A DNA stretch of 63,926 bases, the filler included, from Intoshia linei (Eukaryota; Animalia; Orthonectida), in assembly GCA_001642005.1 (NCBI GenBank). It is 7 parts of 7 records of this genome, joined end to end, with 100 filler letters (N's around TTAATTAATTAA, not from the genome) between each part and the next. Parts side by side here need not be neighbours in the genome. Positions count along the whole stretch, not along the records: positions 1 to 4,113 come from LWCA01001983.1; positions 4,214 to 16,672 come from LWCA01001077.1; 5 more parts are not named here. One strand, given 5' to 3'. Position 1 is the stretch's first letter. Each line of letters begins with the position of its first letter. Shown here piece after piece: positions 1 through 10,721 of the stretch. The notes under the pieces are model-generated. The model searched no databases. It saw only the letters and a program-made list of their open reading frames with translations, and had not been told where the DNA came from. Position numbers and translations under genes: made by a program.

Positions 1-133
1 CAACGCTGGGAAAGAATTGTGGAATCTAACGGAGATTATTTTATCAGTTAGATTTATTTATAAACACTTAAAATAAACGTTTTAGTTTTAGTTTTAGTCT
101 ATAAAATGACATTACTTATTAGACAACTTAATA
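1..133 (+). mobile_element. mariner transposon 3' end (transposase C-terminus plus right TIR)
   Basis: Frame 1 reads QRWERIVESNGDYFIS*, the typical mariner C-terminus. It is followed by ATAAAATGACATTACTTATTAGACAACTTAA-TA, which is the reverse complement of the TIR at 16621. Confidence 0.85.
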
Positions 134-879
134 ATAATTTTAATTCAAGACGATAAAACAAATAATTAAATAATCGATGGATACGATCTATAGTGAACAT
201 ATGTTTACTACAATTACATTTAATTGATTATGACATATTTTATATATTGGTGGTAGAATCTTATCAAGAAAAAAAAGGAACATATTTTGGCTGAGCAAAA
301 TATATTAAATTTAATTTGTTTCAAATATATTGTTCATTCAAAACTGGACAACTTCACCTATCTGTTGTCGATTTCTGAGAAAAAATATATTCATTCCTAA
401 TTATACAAAAATAAGCAATATTCAAATGTATATTTAGCTTGAATTATAAGCAAGATCACATTTCCAAAGATAATACTTAAATAACAACAAATCTCAAAAT
501 GATTATGTTTAATTGAAAAATAATTTTAATCTTGTCGATAACAATACAAATCGTGAGATCAAAAGAAATTAAAAATATATATATAATCGAAAACGTATTA
601 AAATTACTGATGAGAATGAAAGTGACAAGAAAAAACTGATAATATTTATTACTGATGAGATGATTGCTGATGAAATAACTTTATTATGAAATGATAGGGA
701 ACCGTATAGTTAATGTCTGTAACAATTATCTTTGTTTGGCAAAACCATACGCCATTTCCTGATTATATTAATTTTAAATAAAATTTTAATATTTGACATA
801 TACTTTACCAATTGTGAGATACTTGTATAAAATATAATGTCTATAATAATAATGATTGCAATGCTTATTATTAATTTAG

Positions 880-1910
880 TGCGCTCAGTTACAAAAATGT
901 TCAAATTTATTATTTTTGGAAGTTAGGAAGAGAAATGATGTCTACATGTGGTATTTGGCTATTCTTATTATATTTTTATTTTATATTTTGTTTGTACTCT
1001 ATGGTCTCAAGTTAACTGCTAACTTAAATATTTAAAAACAAAGACACCCCTTCAGAATCTTATTGATTTATAAATCAAATGTGTAACAGTAATATTACTA
1101 AATTGTTTCCAAAATACTTAAAATACAAACTATGGTGAAGATTTATTATGTAATTAATTATTTAGGCTCTCAAATGTGAAAAATGGCCCCAGCGTAAAAT
1201 TTTTGTTGGAAAATGGTATATTCATGTCATTGTTTCCTAAATTATTTTCGCTTATATATGTAATTTCAATATATCTTATTACAATTTAGTACACACTATG
1301 GGTGAATTGCGTTTCATCGGAAATTGTTTAAAAGGTTCTAGGCCAATTTTAGTTTTTGATTCTGTAATTTTTGAGTCGTGTTTATTTTTATTAAAAATTA
1401 GAAATTTGAATCAAATATACAATACAAAATCGCGAAAAAACTACTTTTAAAAACATTTTCAATCCCGAAACATCACGCTAAGAGTAAACCATTTATAGAT
1501 CACGTAATAACATTTGTTATTCATGATAAACGTATTTGGTTCCGAAATTATCAAATTACTCAAAACGATTCCGAATTAATTGAAATTGGTATAAAATTTG
1601 TAACATTATAACTTCACTTACATTTGTAGGTCCTCGATTCACATTGATGCCAATCAAAATTTTAAATGACAGCTTGTTTGGTAAAGTTTTGTATGAAAAT
1701 TTTGATTTTGTTGCTCCAAACACGGTAATTTAATTTTATTTGTATTTTTATTTTTGATTTATTTTATAGATTAGACGAATTAAAAAGTTGAAAGACGCTG
1801 CTAAAACAAAAAATAGAGAAATGCAACGAATTTCACGAAATGTCAGGACAAATATAATTCAATCTCAACAAATTGAACAAGATAATATTGAAGACATATT
1901 TAAAAATTAA
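880..1910 (+). CDS. BRIX1: Ribosome biogenesis protein BRX1 homologue, 3' part (5' exons not found in the window)
   Basis: Exons 880-950, 1166-1215, 1290-1363, 1402-1588, 1630-1724 and 1770-1910 are joined by GT-AG introns. They read ...DVYMWLSNVKNGPSVKFLLENVHTMGELRFIGNCLKGSRPILVFD...SKPFIDHVITF...IWFRNYQI...IEIGPRFTL..., which are Brix-domain motifs. The gene is absent from the ORF track because the exons are short. Confidence 0.93.
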
Positions 1911-1935
1911 TATTTCAAATTGTATTTATTAAAAT

Positions 1936-3091
1936 TTATTGTATATTTTCTTCTCGAACAAATTCACTATATCTTACTCGAGAATTTGTAATTTTCATAT
2001 AAGCTTCAAGTGCAGAAATTATCCAATCGTGTCTAAAATTTCATATTTTAATTTTTTTGTGTTATAATTTTCTAAACTACAAATGTATTTTAAATCCAAA
2101 TTTCAGACCCTTAGTTATGCATATGGGCTGGCCTGGTTAGTCCTCTCCGGTACATTTTTGTCCTTAATTGACGGGTAAAAATGTAATTAAAAATTTTTTT
2201 AATTAATGAATTGATTGAAATTCAACTGAAATTATAGCTCATTTTTTGAAAAATATTGTAATTATTTATTGCTTAATCTTATCCGATCCGGTATATATCT
2301 CAGATAATAGGTTCTTATACATTCATATCAAATAAAGAAATATGATTAAAACCTATCAGTAGAGTTATCTGTCGAAAATATTCGAATTATTGTTTCCGAT
2401 TTTTTTTTCATTTTAATACTGAAGCTGCATTCTCGAGGTGAATCACTAATAACTATCGACGTTCCTAAATGAATATATTTTTTAACATACTTTAGTAGTT
2501 TACATAAAATATAAAGAATGAATTTAAAAAAATATAATAAAGATTTAAAAATTTGTTCCTGTTTTAATTGTTATTTTTAGTGGATCCTTCTCTTACTCAA
2601 AAAATAAATATTATAAAATACTCGGTATTACAAATATTTTTTTGTAAAACAGCCTGAAAAGACCTTTTAAAAAGATTTCCTGAACCCTAGATTTCAACAA
2701 AAGTACTGTAATTGATACTGTAAAATGTACTGAATTGACTATAATAAAATGTACATTGTACATATTAATTTAAAATTCATAACTAAACATTTGTTTTACA
2801 ATTCTTCTAAGTACATATACCTGCAAATATTTTAAAGTTGTTGTTGGTTTTGGGTATTATATTTGTCATTGTTGGTTTTTTCTTGTACCCTGTCAATCTA
2901 CCGTCTTCAGTCAGTATAAAGTATCTACTTTGCCAAGCTTTTCTAAATTCACCTAGAAATTTGAATTTCAATGTCAATATTGAATTATCATATTCAATAA
3001 TAAGTTTGCACTGATTATTAATAATAATTTTATTACTTAATTTCATTAATTCTCCTTCTTTTATAACACATTTATTTATTGAGTCACTCAT
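1936..3091 (-). CDS. Akt/PKB-like PH-domain protein, apparently PH-only (about 131 aa)
   Basis: Exons 3091-3037, 2952-2821, 2464-2353 and 2032-1936 splice in frame to MSDSINKCVIKEGELMKLSEFRKAWQSRYFILTEDGRLTGYKKKP...NNFKI...IIRIFSTDNSTDRHDWIISALEAY...*. This is colinear with the Akt N-terminal PH domain ([33 protein letters not shown]...NNF...REEW). Confidence 0.8.
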
Positions 3092-3963
3092 TTCACTTTT
3101 TGTATTAAATTCAACTTGATTTACATTTAAAATTGAATTATCTTTGAATAGTTAAGTAAACAGTAATGAAATTCTAGTTATTCAATGAGAAATAATCGTA
3201 CCTCTGTTTGTTTTTGATATTTTATTTGACACTTATCAACCTTCTGTAGACTTCATCCTGGATTCATATTTAATCTTTGATAGGCGGTACCTAAATATTC
3301 AAAAAAGTTGATGCAAAGATAATTTTTGCTAATGATCTTTACGAATCTCACGAAATAGTTACATGTATAATATTACAAAATATGAATAAAAGTTAAAATG
3401 TATTATTCATAAATATAAATTAAATTCAAATCAAATGATTCACTTGTTTTTTTACAGAATTAACAACTTCTGTAGTTTTTTAATGTTATATATATTTTTT
3501 AAATGATCAATTTGCAATAATGAAAAATTATTGGAAAAATTTTAATTAATTAATAGAGAATTAAAATTTAAAAATATAATATATAAAATATGTGACACAA
3601 ACATTATAACAATTAGATTATTTAATTGAAATAATTGAAATTGGCTTTTTCCATCAATGATTGTTTCAAAATTAAATTTTAGTAAATTTGATGTCGCATT
3701 ATACATAACCAAAATCAATGAAAGTGGCTCTAATCGACAATATGGGTACTCATTTATGTACACTGTATAGTAGGGTGATCACTTTTGCATATTTCACCAT
3801 CACGATTATAGGTAATAGTGATCACTTTCCTGAAAAAATTATTCAAACTGGTTGAGTTTTGACCCAGCCACTCGAGATCAAAATTTTTTCCTAAAAAGTT
3901 TAAATTAAACTATATTTTTATAGTAAAATGTTATAAAAATTTGTAAAAAATATAATAGCTATA

Positions 3964-4113
3964 TATTAGGTCGTTTCATAAGTAATGTCGTTTTTTTAAC
4001 AAAATTAAAAAGTTTATTTGATTACATTAAAAATAAAGATATACATATATACATATATAATATTATAAAATATTCACCATTGCTTTCCACAGTCTTTTTC
4101 CAACGTTCCGGTA
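3964..4113 (-). mobile_element. mariner transposon 3' end at a contig edge
   Basis: TA-TTAGGTCGTTTCATAAGTAATGTC is a TIR related to the copies at 1-133 and 16619. The minus strand reads PERWKKTVESNGEYF. Confidence 0.8.
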
Positions 4114-4213
4114 NNNNNNNNNNNNNNNNNNNNNNNNNNNNNNNNNNNNNNNNNNNNTTAATTAATTAANNNNNNNNNNNNNNNNNNNNNNNNNNNNNNN
4201 NNNNNNNNNNNNN
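4114..4213. other. Assembly gap with artificial TTAATTAATTAA linker (also at 16673-16772, 35065-35164, 41595-41694, 59522-59621, 60857-60956)
   Basis: The identical N44-TTAATTAATTAA-N44 block occurs six times. The 12-mer has stop codons in all six frames. Confidence 0.97.
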
Positions 4214-4889
4214 TTTAAACCGCAATATCAACATGTTATCAATCACCAAATCTGAAATTTAAGGTGTAAATAATAATAATAATCTAAAGATAAGGTATAT
4301 ACTTTGCTATAAGAAAAATATCTACTTGCTCCATTCCATAAAGCATTTTTCGAAGTACAATATGAAACAAGGATGACTACATATGTAGTCATTGCTCACT
4401 AATGGGTTAAGAAAATTCATTTATGCCGTTTCTCAGTTTCTCTAAACGAAGAAATAACGGCGGGATACTATAAAATACCTTCCAAAAATAAGATCCGTTA
4501 CATATACTGACAGTAAATCAGTTAATGACACTGTTAATATGATTCAAATTACAATTGTAATAATAAACATATTGACAATACTTATAAGTTTACAATATTG
4601 CGAGTATTTTTAAATTGCTAAACAGGCCGATATTTTTATAACAAGCACCATGTGTGTTATTTTTGTTACATTTCTCATACAGTACGGCCTGATATTTTTT
4701 ATTTTCTAAAATTCAATTAAAAAGTTGACACGCTACAATAGTTTACTGCAATCGACACTTTATTTTTTCAATATAACAAAAATTTTGAGTGAGGCCTAAA
4801 TAATGTATTAGTTGTATTTTTATATTTTACATCGGTCTCGTTAACGAATGATTTTGTATACATGAGAGATACCGTGTGGTAAAGAATTA

Positions 4890-5660
4890 TTTACTCATTT
4901 ATTAATATGTCCATTACTTTTGACTGAATGAAGATATTTCAAAATATTGTATACCATTCGACAAGAAAATACTACACCCGTATTCTTATCAGTACAGTTT
5001 TCCATTTTTCATTTCCACGATGTGTTTTTGGGATCGTTGTCTTGCTGCAAAATGTATGTGTCCAGGCTCATTTTTTCTACTGATGCAAATAAATTGCGAG
5101 AGAGAATGTCACAGAAATCAATTTCATGCATCCTTTTATCAATGAAATGGATTTTCCCAATCCCTGCATATGAAAAACAACCAGAAACAATCAATGAACC
5201 ACTTCCAAAGTTTTTTGTAAAATTCATATATTTTTTCAAAAAAACTTTCATTGGATTTTCTCCATATTTGAACATTTCCATCAGCATGTATTAGGTTAAA
5301 TTTGCTCTCATCACTGAAAATAATTGTTTTAATAGTCGATTCTGCCATAAAAACATATTTCTTGCTTTCAATGGATCTACTATTGATATGTCTAGGTTCC
5401 AATTTTTGACTTGATATGGGTTTATATGCATAAATGCTTAAACTATTTCTATAATTTTTAACTGACTTATAAGAAACATCAATATTGAATTTTTCTTCCA
5501 CTTTTTTCGACATTTTTCGAGAAGAAATTCTACTACTATTTAAAATTTCAGTTTCAATATAGTTTAATAATGTCAAATTAGCTTTTATAAGTCTTCCAGA
5601 TCTTTTTAAAGTTTCAGTAGCACCAGTTTCTTTAAATTTTTTGACAACTGGTTTTACCGG
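4890..5660 (-). mobile_element. Frameshifted Tc1-family transposase remnant
   Basis: Overlapping ORFs 5139-5576 and 5009-5287 carry IIFSDESKFNL, GSGSLIVSGCFSYAGIG and LQQDNDPKNTS, the Tc1 DDE motifs, in different frames. Confidence 0.9.
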
Positions 5661-6000
5661 CTAAATTCCGTGTGTTATTAATTTTTTATATATGCAACAT
5701 GCAAAAAAAAAATTTTGATCATGCTTTTAGGTCCGGCGATTTTTTGAAATTTTATAAGGGTTCCGCGCAGTAAAAAAGGTTAAGAAACACTGGTATACAT
5801 GTTTCATAATTTATTTAAGATTCAAATTCTCTGATACAAACTCATTTGATGTGATCTTCATTCGATAATTATTTTTATAATATTGATAATACTACATTTA
5901 TGTAGATAATTCAAAACAAAATTTAATAAAATATAATTAATTATAAACTGTCAAATATTTACTGAAAATATCAAATAAACTTAGTTATATTCATAGTCAC

Positions 6001-6985
6001 ATGGATTCAGTTATTGATTTTTTAGGTGGCGTTTCAGGTATCTCTTAATTTTAACCATAAATATACAGTTAAAGGTGGTTGTACTTCAGTAATTGTAGGA
6101 CAGTCCTTGGATACTGTAAAAGTGAAGATGCAATCATTTCCAAGTAATTACAAAAGTGCTTACGATTGTTTCCAGAAAACTTATACCAAAGAAGGTTTTT
6201 TTCGTGGACTTTACGCTGGTACTATCCCCTCGCTCGTTTCTCAAGTAGCAGAAAATTCAATTTTATTCTTTTCTTATGGTTTATGTCAAAAATTAGTGTG
6301 TAAAATTCGTAAAACAGAGCCATCCAACATGACAATATTACATAAAGCTACGTCTGGCAGTATGGCTGCATTCGCAGCCACTTTTGTCATATGTCCAACA
6401 GAGTTAATCAAGTGTCGTCTACAAGGTTTGCAGGAAATTTCAGAAAAACAAAATAAACTTAAGCCTAGCATGTACGTTACTATATAATTTGTAATTGATA
6501 TCCTTTAGAACGGCTTACGAAATGACTAGAGGTGTAGTCAAGAAAGAAGGGTTTGTTGGACTTTACCGTGGTTTTTTCTCAACTGTTGCCAGAGAAATTC
6601 CTGGCTATTTCTTCTTTTTTGGTTCATATGAGTTAACTAAAAAAACCATTGCTCATTATAGTGCTGATCAACAATGTGGAACTGCTGGCATGATAATGGC
6701 AGGAGGGCTAGGTGGAGTGTCACTTTGGGTAGTAATTTTTCCTATTGACGTTGTAAAATCTAGAATTCAACTAAGCATCACAAAAACAAATCCTGTAAAT
6801 CTTGCATTAAGAATACTAAAGAATGAAGGTTTTATTATTTTTCAACAAATTTTATTTTTTTAGGTTTATTCGCTTTGTACAAAGGACTTGGTCCCACCTT
6901 ATTACGCACATTTCCCGCTTCTGGCGCTTTATTTTTAGCTTACGAAAATACCAAACATTATATTTCACTTTTATTTAAAAATTAA
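6001..6985 (+). CDS. SLC25A15: Mitochondrial ornithine/basic amino acid carrier (SLC25A15-like)
   Basis: Exons 6001-6037, 6075-6471, 6509-6828 and 6864-6985, with introns of 37, 37 and 35 nt. Three carrier repeats ([10 protein letters not shown], [20 protein letters not shown]) plus [22 protein letters not shown] and [11 protein letters not shown], typical of ORNT1. Confidence 0.9.
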
Positions 6986-7002
6986 CTTGTATATAATACA
7001 AC

Positions 7003-7522
7003 TTATTCATTGCTCACGGTGTCTTCATCTATTTTAGATAATTGTAACAGACATTCAGGAATGTTTTGATTTGGTTTCCACTGATTTTCAATTCTAGTAT
7101 TATAAATTGAGTTTTCCTCGTCACTTTTTTCTGAAGTATTACATGTGAAATCAAATGATGTCTTCTCTATACTAACAGAATTAGATTTACGATGCATTCC
7201 CAATCCATCATAAAATTGTTTCATGTTTTTTACAGTGGATGATCTTCTTTCTCGGCGAATCATTCCATTATAATCTATGGTTTGTATAGATGAAGCTCGT
7301 CTATATACTTGGGTCACTTTCTCGTTTTTTTTATTTGCGTTTTTTATCGAATAGGTTTGTGGTTTGAATTCATTCTCACATAATTCCATAAAAATGACAA
7401 TCCCATCTAAAAGAAAATTGTATACTTATGTGTAAATAACCTTTTTCTATTTTATATCCATTAGAAAAGTTTGATAAGTCTGAACAAATTTTAATTTCTT
7501 CTTGGTTAACAGAGTTTGACAT
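7003..7522 (-). CDS. Hypothetical protein (about 161 aa, 2 exons)
   Basis: ATG at 7522, exon 7522-7441, then a 34-nt GT-AG intron that joins in frame to ORF 7389-7003. It has several basophilic kinase-type sites (RRAS, RRSS, RKS). No family recognised. Confidence 0.65.
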
Positions 7523-7673
7523 AAATAAAAATATGTAACAGATATTGTTTATATTGTGTGAAAATGTATTTTTTCATTCTCAACCTGAATTTTTATTTTG
7601 TTCCTTGGATTAAAATAATATCAATGGATACAATCAATATTGTTTACTGTGTTCATTTTTATTTATAAATGAA

Positions 7674-8121
7674 ATGGGATGTGCCGCAAGTTCTGCAGTT
7701 GATATAAATCAGGAATCAGCTATTACTAATGAATCGAAAATTAGTAGTGACATTTTATTGGAAACGTCTACATATACAATGGTTTGTCTAAAATACAGTA
7801 TAGTTACTTTTCTAGAAACTAGAACCTATAGAAGGAGCACCACCTCCACTTACTAAACAAATACTTTTGCAAAATCAACAGAAGGCTGATATATTATACA
7901 AGGTATTTCAATTCACTGGTGGTAGATTGATTTTGGCGCGAATTAGCATAAATATTAATCATTTAAAAAAGCATATCATCGCAGATTATTTAATACAATA
8001 CATGTATATTGTTGTACTAATTTAGAAAAAATTAAAAAAGAAAAAGCGTAAACAATCAAAAGAAAAATTTATTGAAAGTGAAATATGTATACCAAATTCT
8101 ATATCTATTACTGTAAATTAA
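7674..8121 (+). CDS. Small putatively myristoylated/palmitoylated protein (about 96 aa), possibly stathmin-domain-like
   Basis: The N-terminus is MGCAASS. Phase-0 exons 7674-7781, 7816-7902 and 8026-8121 give ...KLEPIEGAPPPLTKQILLQNQQKADILYKKKLKKKKRKQ... The choice of last exon is less certain. Confidence 0.6.
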
Positions 8122-8124
8122 AAT

Positions 8125-10240
8125 TTATTGTACTGTTATATCAAATATGCCTAAATACATATAAAATTAACAAAAATATTAAATAATACAGCAAGGAGGA
8201 TTATCAGTTATAAATGTAACATAAGAATTTACACCCAACATTTTAAGTGCTCCTTGAATGATTCCACATGTAAATGAAGCATACTAAATGAATTATTTTT
8301 TATGCATAAACACATACATAATGTAACTGAATTATTTTATACGTCATAATTAACACTGAAAATATTGCCAAACGTGCATATAACAATAGAAATATATATC
8401 GCATATATTTGCATTTTGGAGTCTAAGAGTTAAGAATAATCTGTAATGTTAGTTAACACGTTCCCTCGGTTAGTTTTAAACATCACAAATATGACCATAA
8501 AATTGGGAATTAAAAATATGAATAAAATTAATCTGATTCACGAAATAGAATCTATTCAATTGAATTCTTGTTTGATTAGATTGATAAATTCTGATACGTG
8601 TATAAGGGATTATGTATCAAATTTCTAACTTATTTTACCTTATGAATTTCGTATTTAAATTGAGGTCCATTTGAAATATTAATGACAGGTAGAAAGCTAC
8701 TATCCTTCAATTGGAAATGTTCCTTTAATAAATGTATTCAAATGTACTTCACTACAGGAAAAAACTATACACCTTTTGAAAAGATAATTGTAATAATTAG
8801 GTAAACTATCCACCTCTAAATTCTGTCAGGCATTGATTCAATAATACTGCTTAGCGTAGTTTGTGTAACATCATCCCACGAAGTTAACATTGTCGTTAGT
8901 GTATTGCTTTCCATCGCATACTCCAGATTCAAATTAAGAGCTTGAATTAGTGCAATTTTAGAAACATTTAATTTTTGTCTTAAACGTTCGAACAATACAA
9001 ATACATATTAAACTCAATGTTATTTACCTTTCTAACAATAAAAAATTCCATAAGACTTTTTTTTTCAATTTTATTGAAATTAACACATCATATTTTTCTA
9101 ACAATTTAATAAGTTACATTCACATAAATATATTTTTTATATCTTATAAAAAAATCAACAAATTTATCCCAATAAAAAATCTAAATCTTTTTTAAGTGTA
9201 TAACATTTTTTCCAGTAGCATATAAAATACTGGTGATGGGACGATTCCAATTATTCAAAATTTTGTGGATTTCATCACTTTTAAGTAATTCAGTAACAAA
9301 TTAGTGAGTAATGATACTGAGTTAAGAACTAATGAGTCATTTTTTCTAGGAAAATGAAGGAAAGGGACTATTTATTGATATAGGTTAGCAGCAAAATAAA
9401 TAAGCGATTTTTACGGTAAAAATAAGCAAATTCACTGAAAGTTTTCAAAAACACCAAAAATCTACGTGAGCACCTTGTCAATTTTGGTTCTTCTGTAAAA
9501 ACATAATTTCTTCACTATCGACAATAGAAAGTGAAATGATTTTTAGTTATGACGATACGATATATTATCAAAAAGAATAAAAATTTGACCAATATCTAGT
9601 GAAACCCTTTGTCACATTAACCCCTCGACTTGTTTACTAAAAATAATGAAAATAAGTACTGTAATTTTAAACATAATAAAATATATATATATATATTTTA
9701 AAGTTTTTTATGTTGAATGCAAATTTGCATTTATTTTAGCTACAAATAATAAAATCCTATATCTGTTAGTCAATTTTTTCTAAACTTTAAAGGACAAACT
9801 AATAAATCATTAATTAGTCTTAGCAGAGTATTTCAAAATTTTAGCAACGGAATCGTTAAATTACATCAGTGTTGTTTTTATTTTTTGAATAGTCCCATCA
9901 CTACTAAATACCTCATTTTGACCAGTAAGTAAAGTCACGTTTTTCCCATACAAATCGATCCAAAAATCTTCTGAAATAAAACACACCATATCACTAACAT
10001 TTGCAAACCTAGGAAGCCTTTCTACTGCTCTAAACATTATTATAAAAATTAAACATTGTTTACTTTTCAACTAAAACCGCACCTACTTTCTCTCCAAATG
10101 CGGTCAAGTTACAATCGAAGCTATTATCAGTCTTGATTTAATATAAACCATATATTATATATTACCGTCAAATATTTTCCGCGTTGAGAATATTTATAAA
10201 TCTCAATAATGAGCAATTCAGACAAACTGGAATATAACAT
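8125..10240 (-). CDS. TRAPPC6: TRAPP complex subunit 6 (Trs33)
   Basis: Exons 10240-10166, 10131-10064, 10029-9912, 8722-8639, 8283-8190 and 8150-8125 give LTAFGEKVGAVLVEK...RFANVSDMVCFISEDFWIDLYGK...FQLKDSSFLP...YASFTCGIIQGALKMLGV...PPCCIFDITVQ*, colinear with TRAPPC6B. Confidence 0.9.
8815..8990 (-). mobile_element. Tc1 transposase C-terminal fragment inside a TRAPPC6 intron
   Basis: The minus strand reads ...TSWDDVTQTTLSSIIESMPDRI*, matching the Tc1 W...L..SMP.R terminal motif. Confidence 0.55.
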
Positions 10241-10266
10241 CAAAAGTACACAAACTTTATTAAATT

Positions 10267-10662
10267 TTAATGTACAATATGATTAAGAGGTTCACATCTT
10301 AGATTTTCATAATTTATAGATCTATCAACGGCTTCGTCAATTTCTCCAATAACAGCTCTAAAAAAATTGTAAACTTCAACGTATCATTACATGTTATCTC
10401 CCCGTATAAGATAAAGCCCTAATGCTACTTTTTCCATAACAGAATTGGAACTAAATACTCTCTCGTAAGTTTCATCCAATATTATATTCACCAATTGATC
10501 ATATCCTCTTAATTTACCCTACAAAAAGATTATAGAAAATACATACTGTAATTGACTATCAAATAGCGACCATCAGCCGTTATAATTGAAACAGTTTCTA
10601 AATATTAATACAAAAATTAAATTGTAATTACTTGAAACCAATTCCTCCAAACACGTTGCCAT
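10267..10662 (-). CDS. LSM8: U6 snRNA-associated Sm-like protein LSm8
   Basis: Four short exons give MATCLEELVSKTVSIITADGRYLIGKLRGYDQLVNIILDETYERVFSSNSVMEKVALGLYLIRGDNIAVIGEIDEAVDRSINYENLRCEPLNHIVH*. Confidence 0.95.
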
Positions 10663-10721
10663 TATGTGAAATAAACTTTAGTATTTATTATCGTATTTTA
10701 AAATTTGAATTAGTACGCACA

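Noticed and set aside
600-904. ORF 710-904 and repeated ACTGATGA motifs
   Set aside because: The ORF overlaps a BRIX1 exon on the opposite strand and has no recognisable motif. The repeats are too short to assign.
4158-4169. TTAATTAATTAA palindrome repeated six times
   Set aside because: It is always centred in a 100-nt N block, so it is a scaffolding linker and not biological.
4947-5294. Plus-strand 115-aa ORF
   Set aside because: Antisense shadow of the Tc1 remnant.
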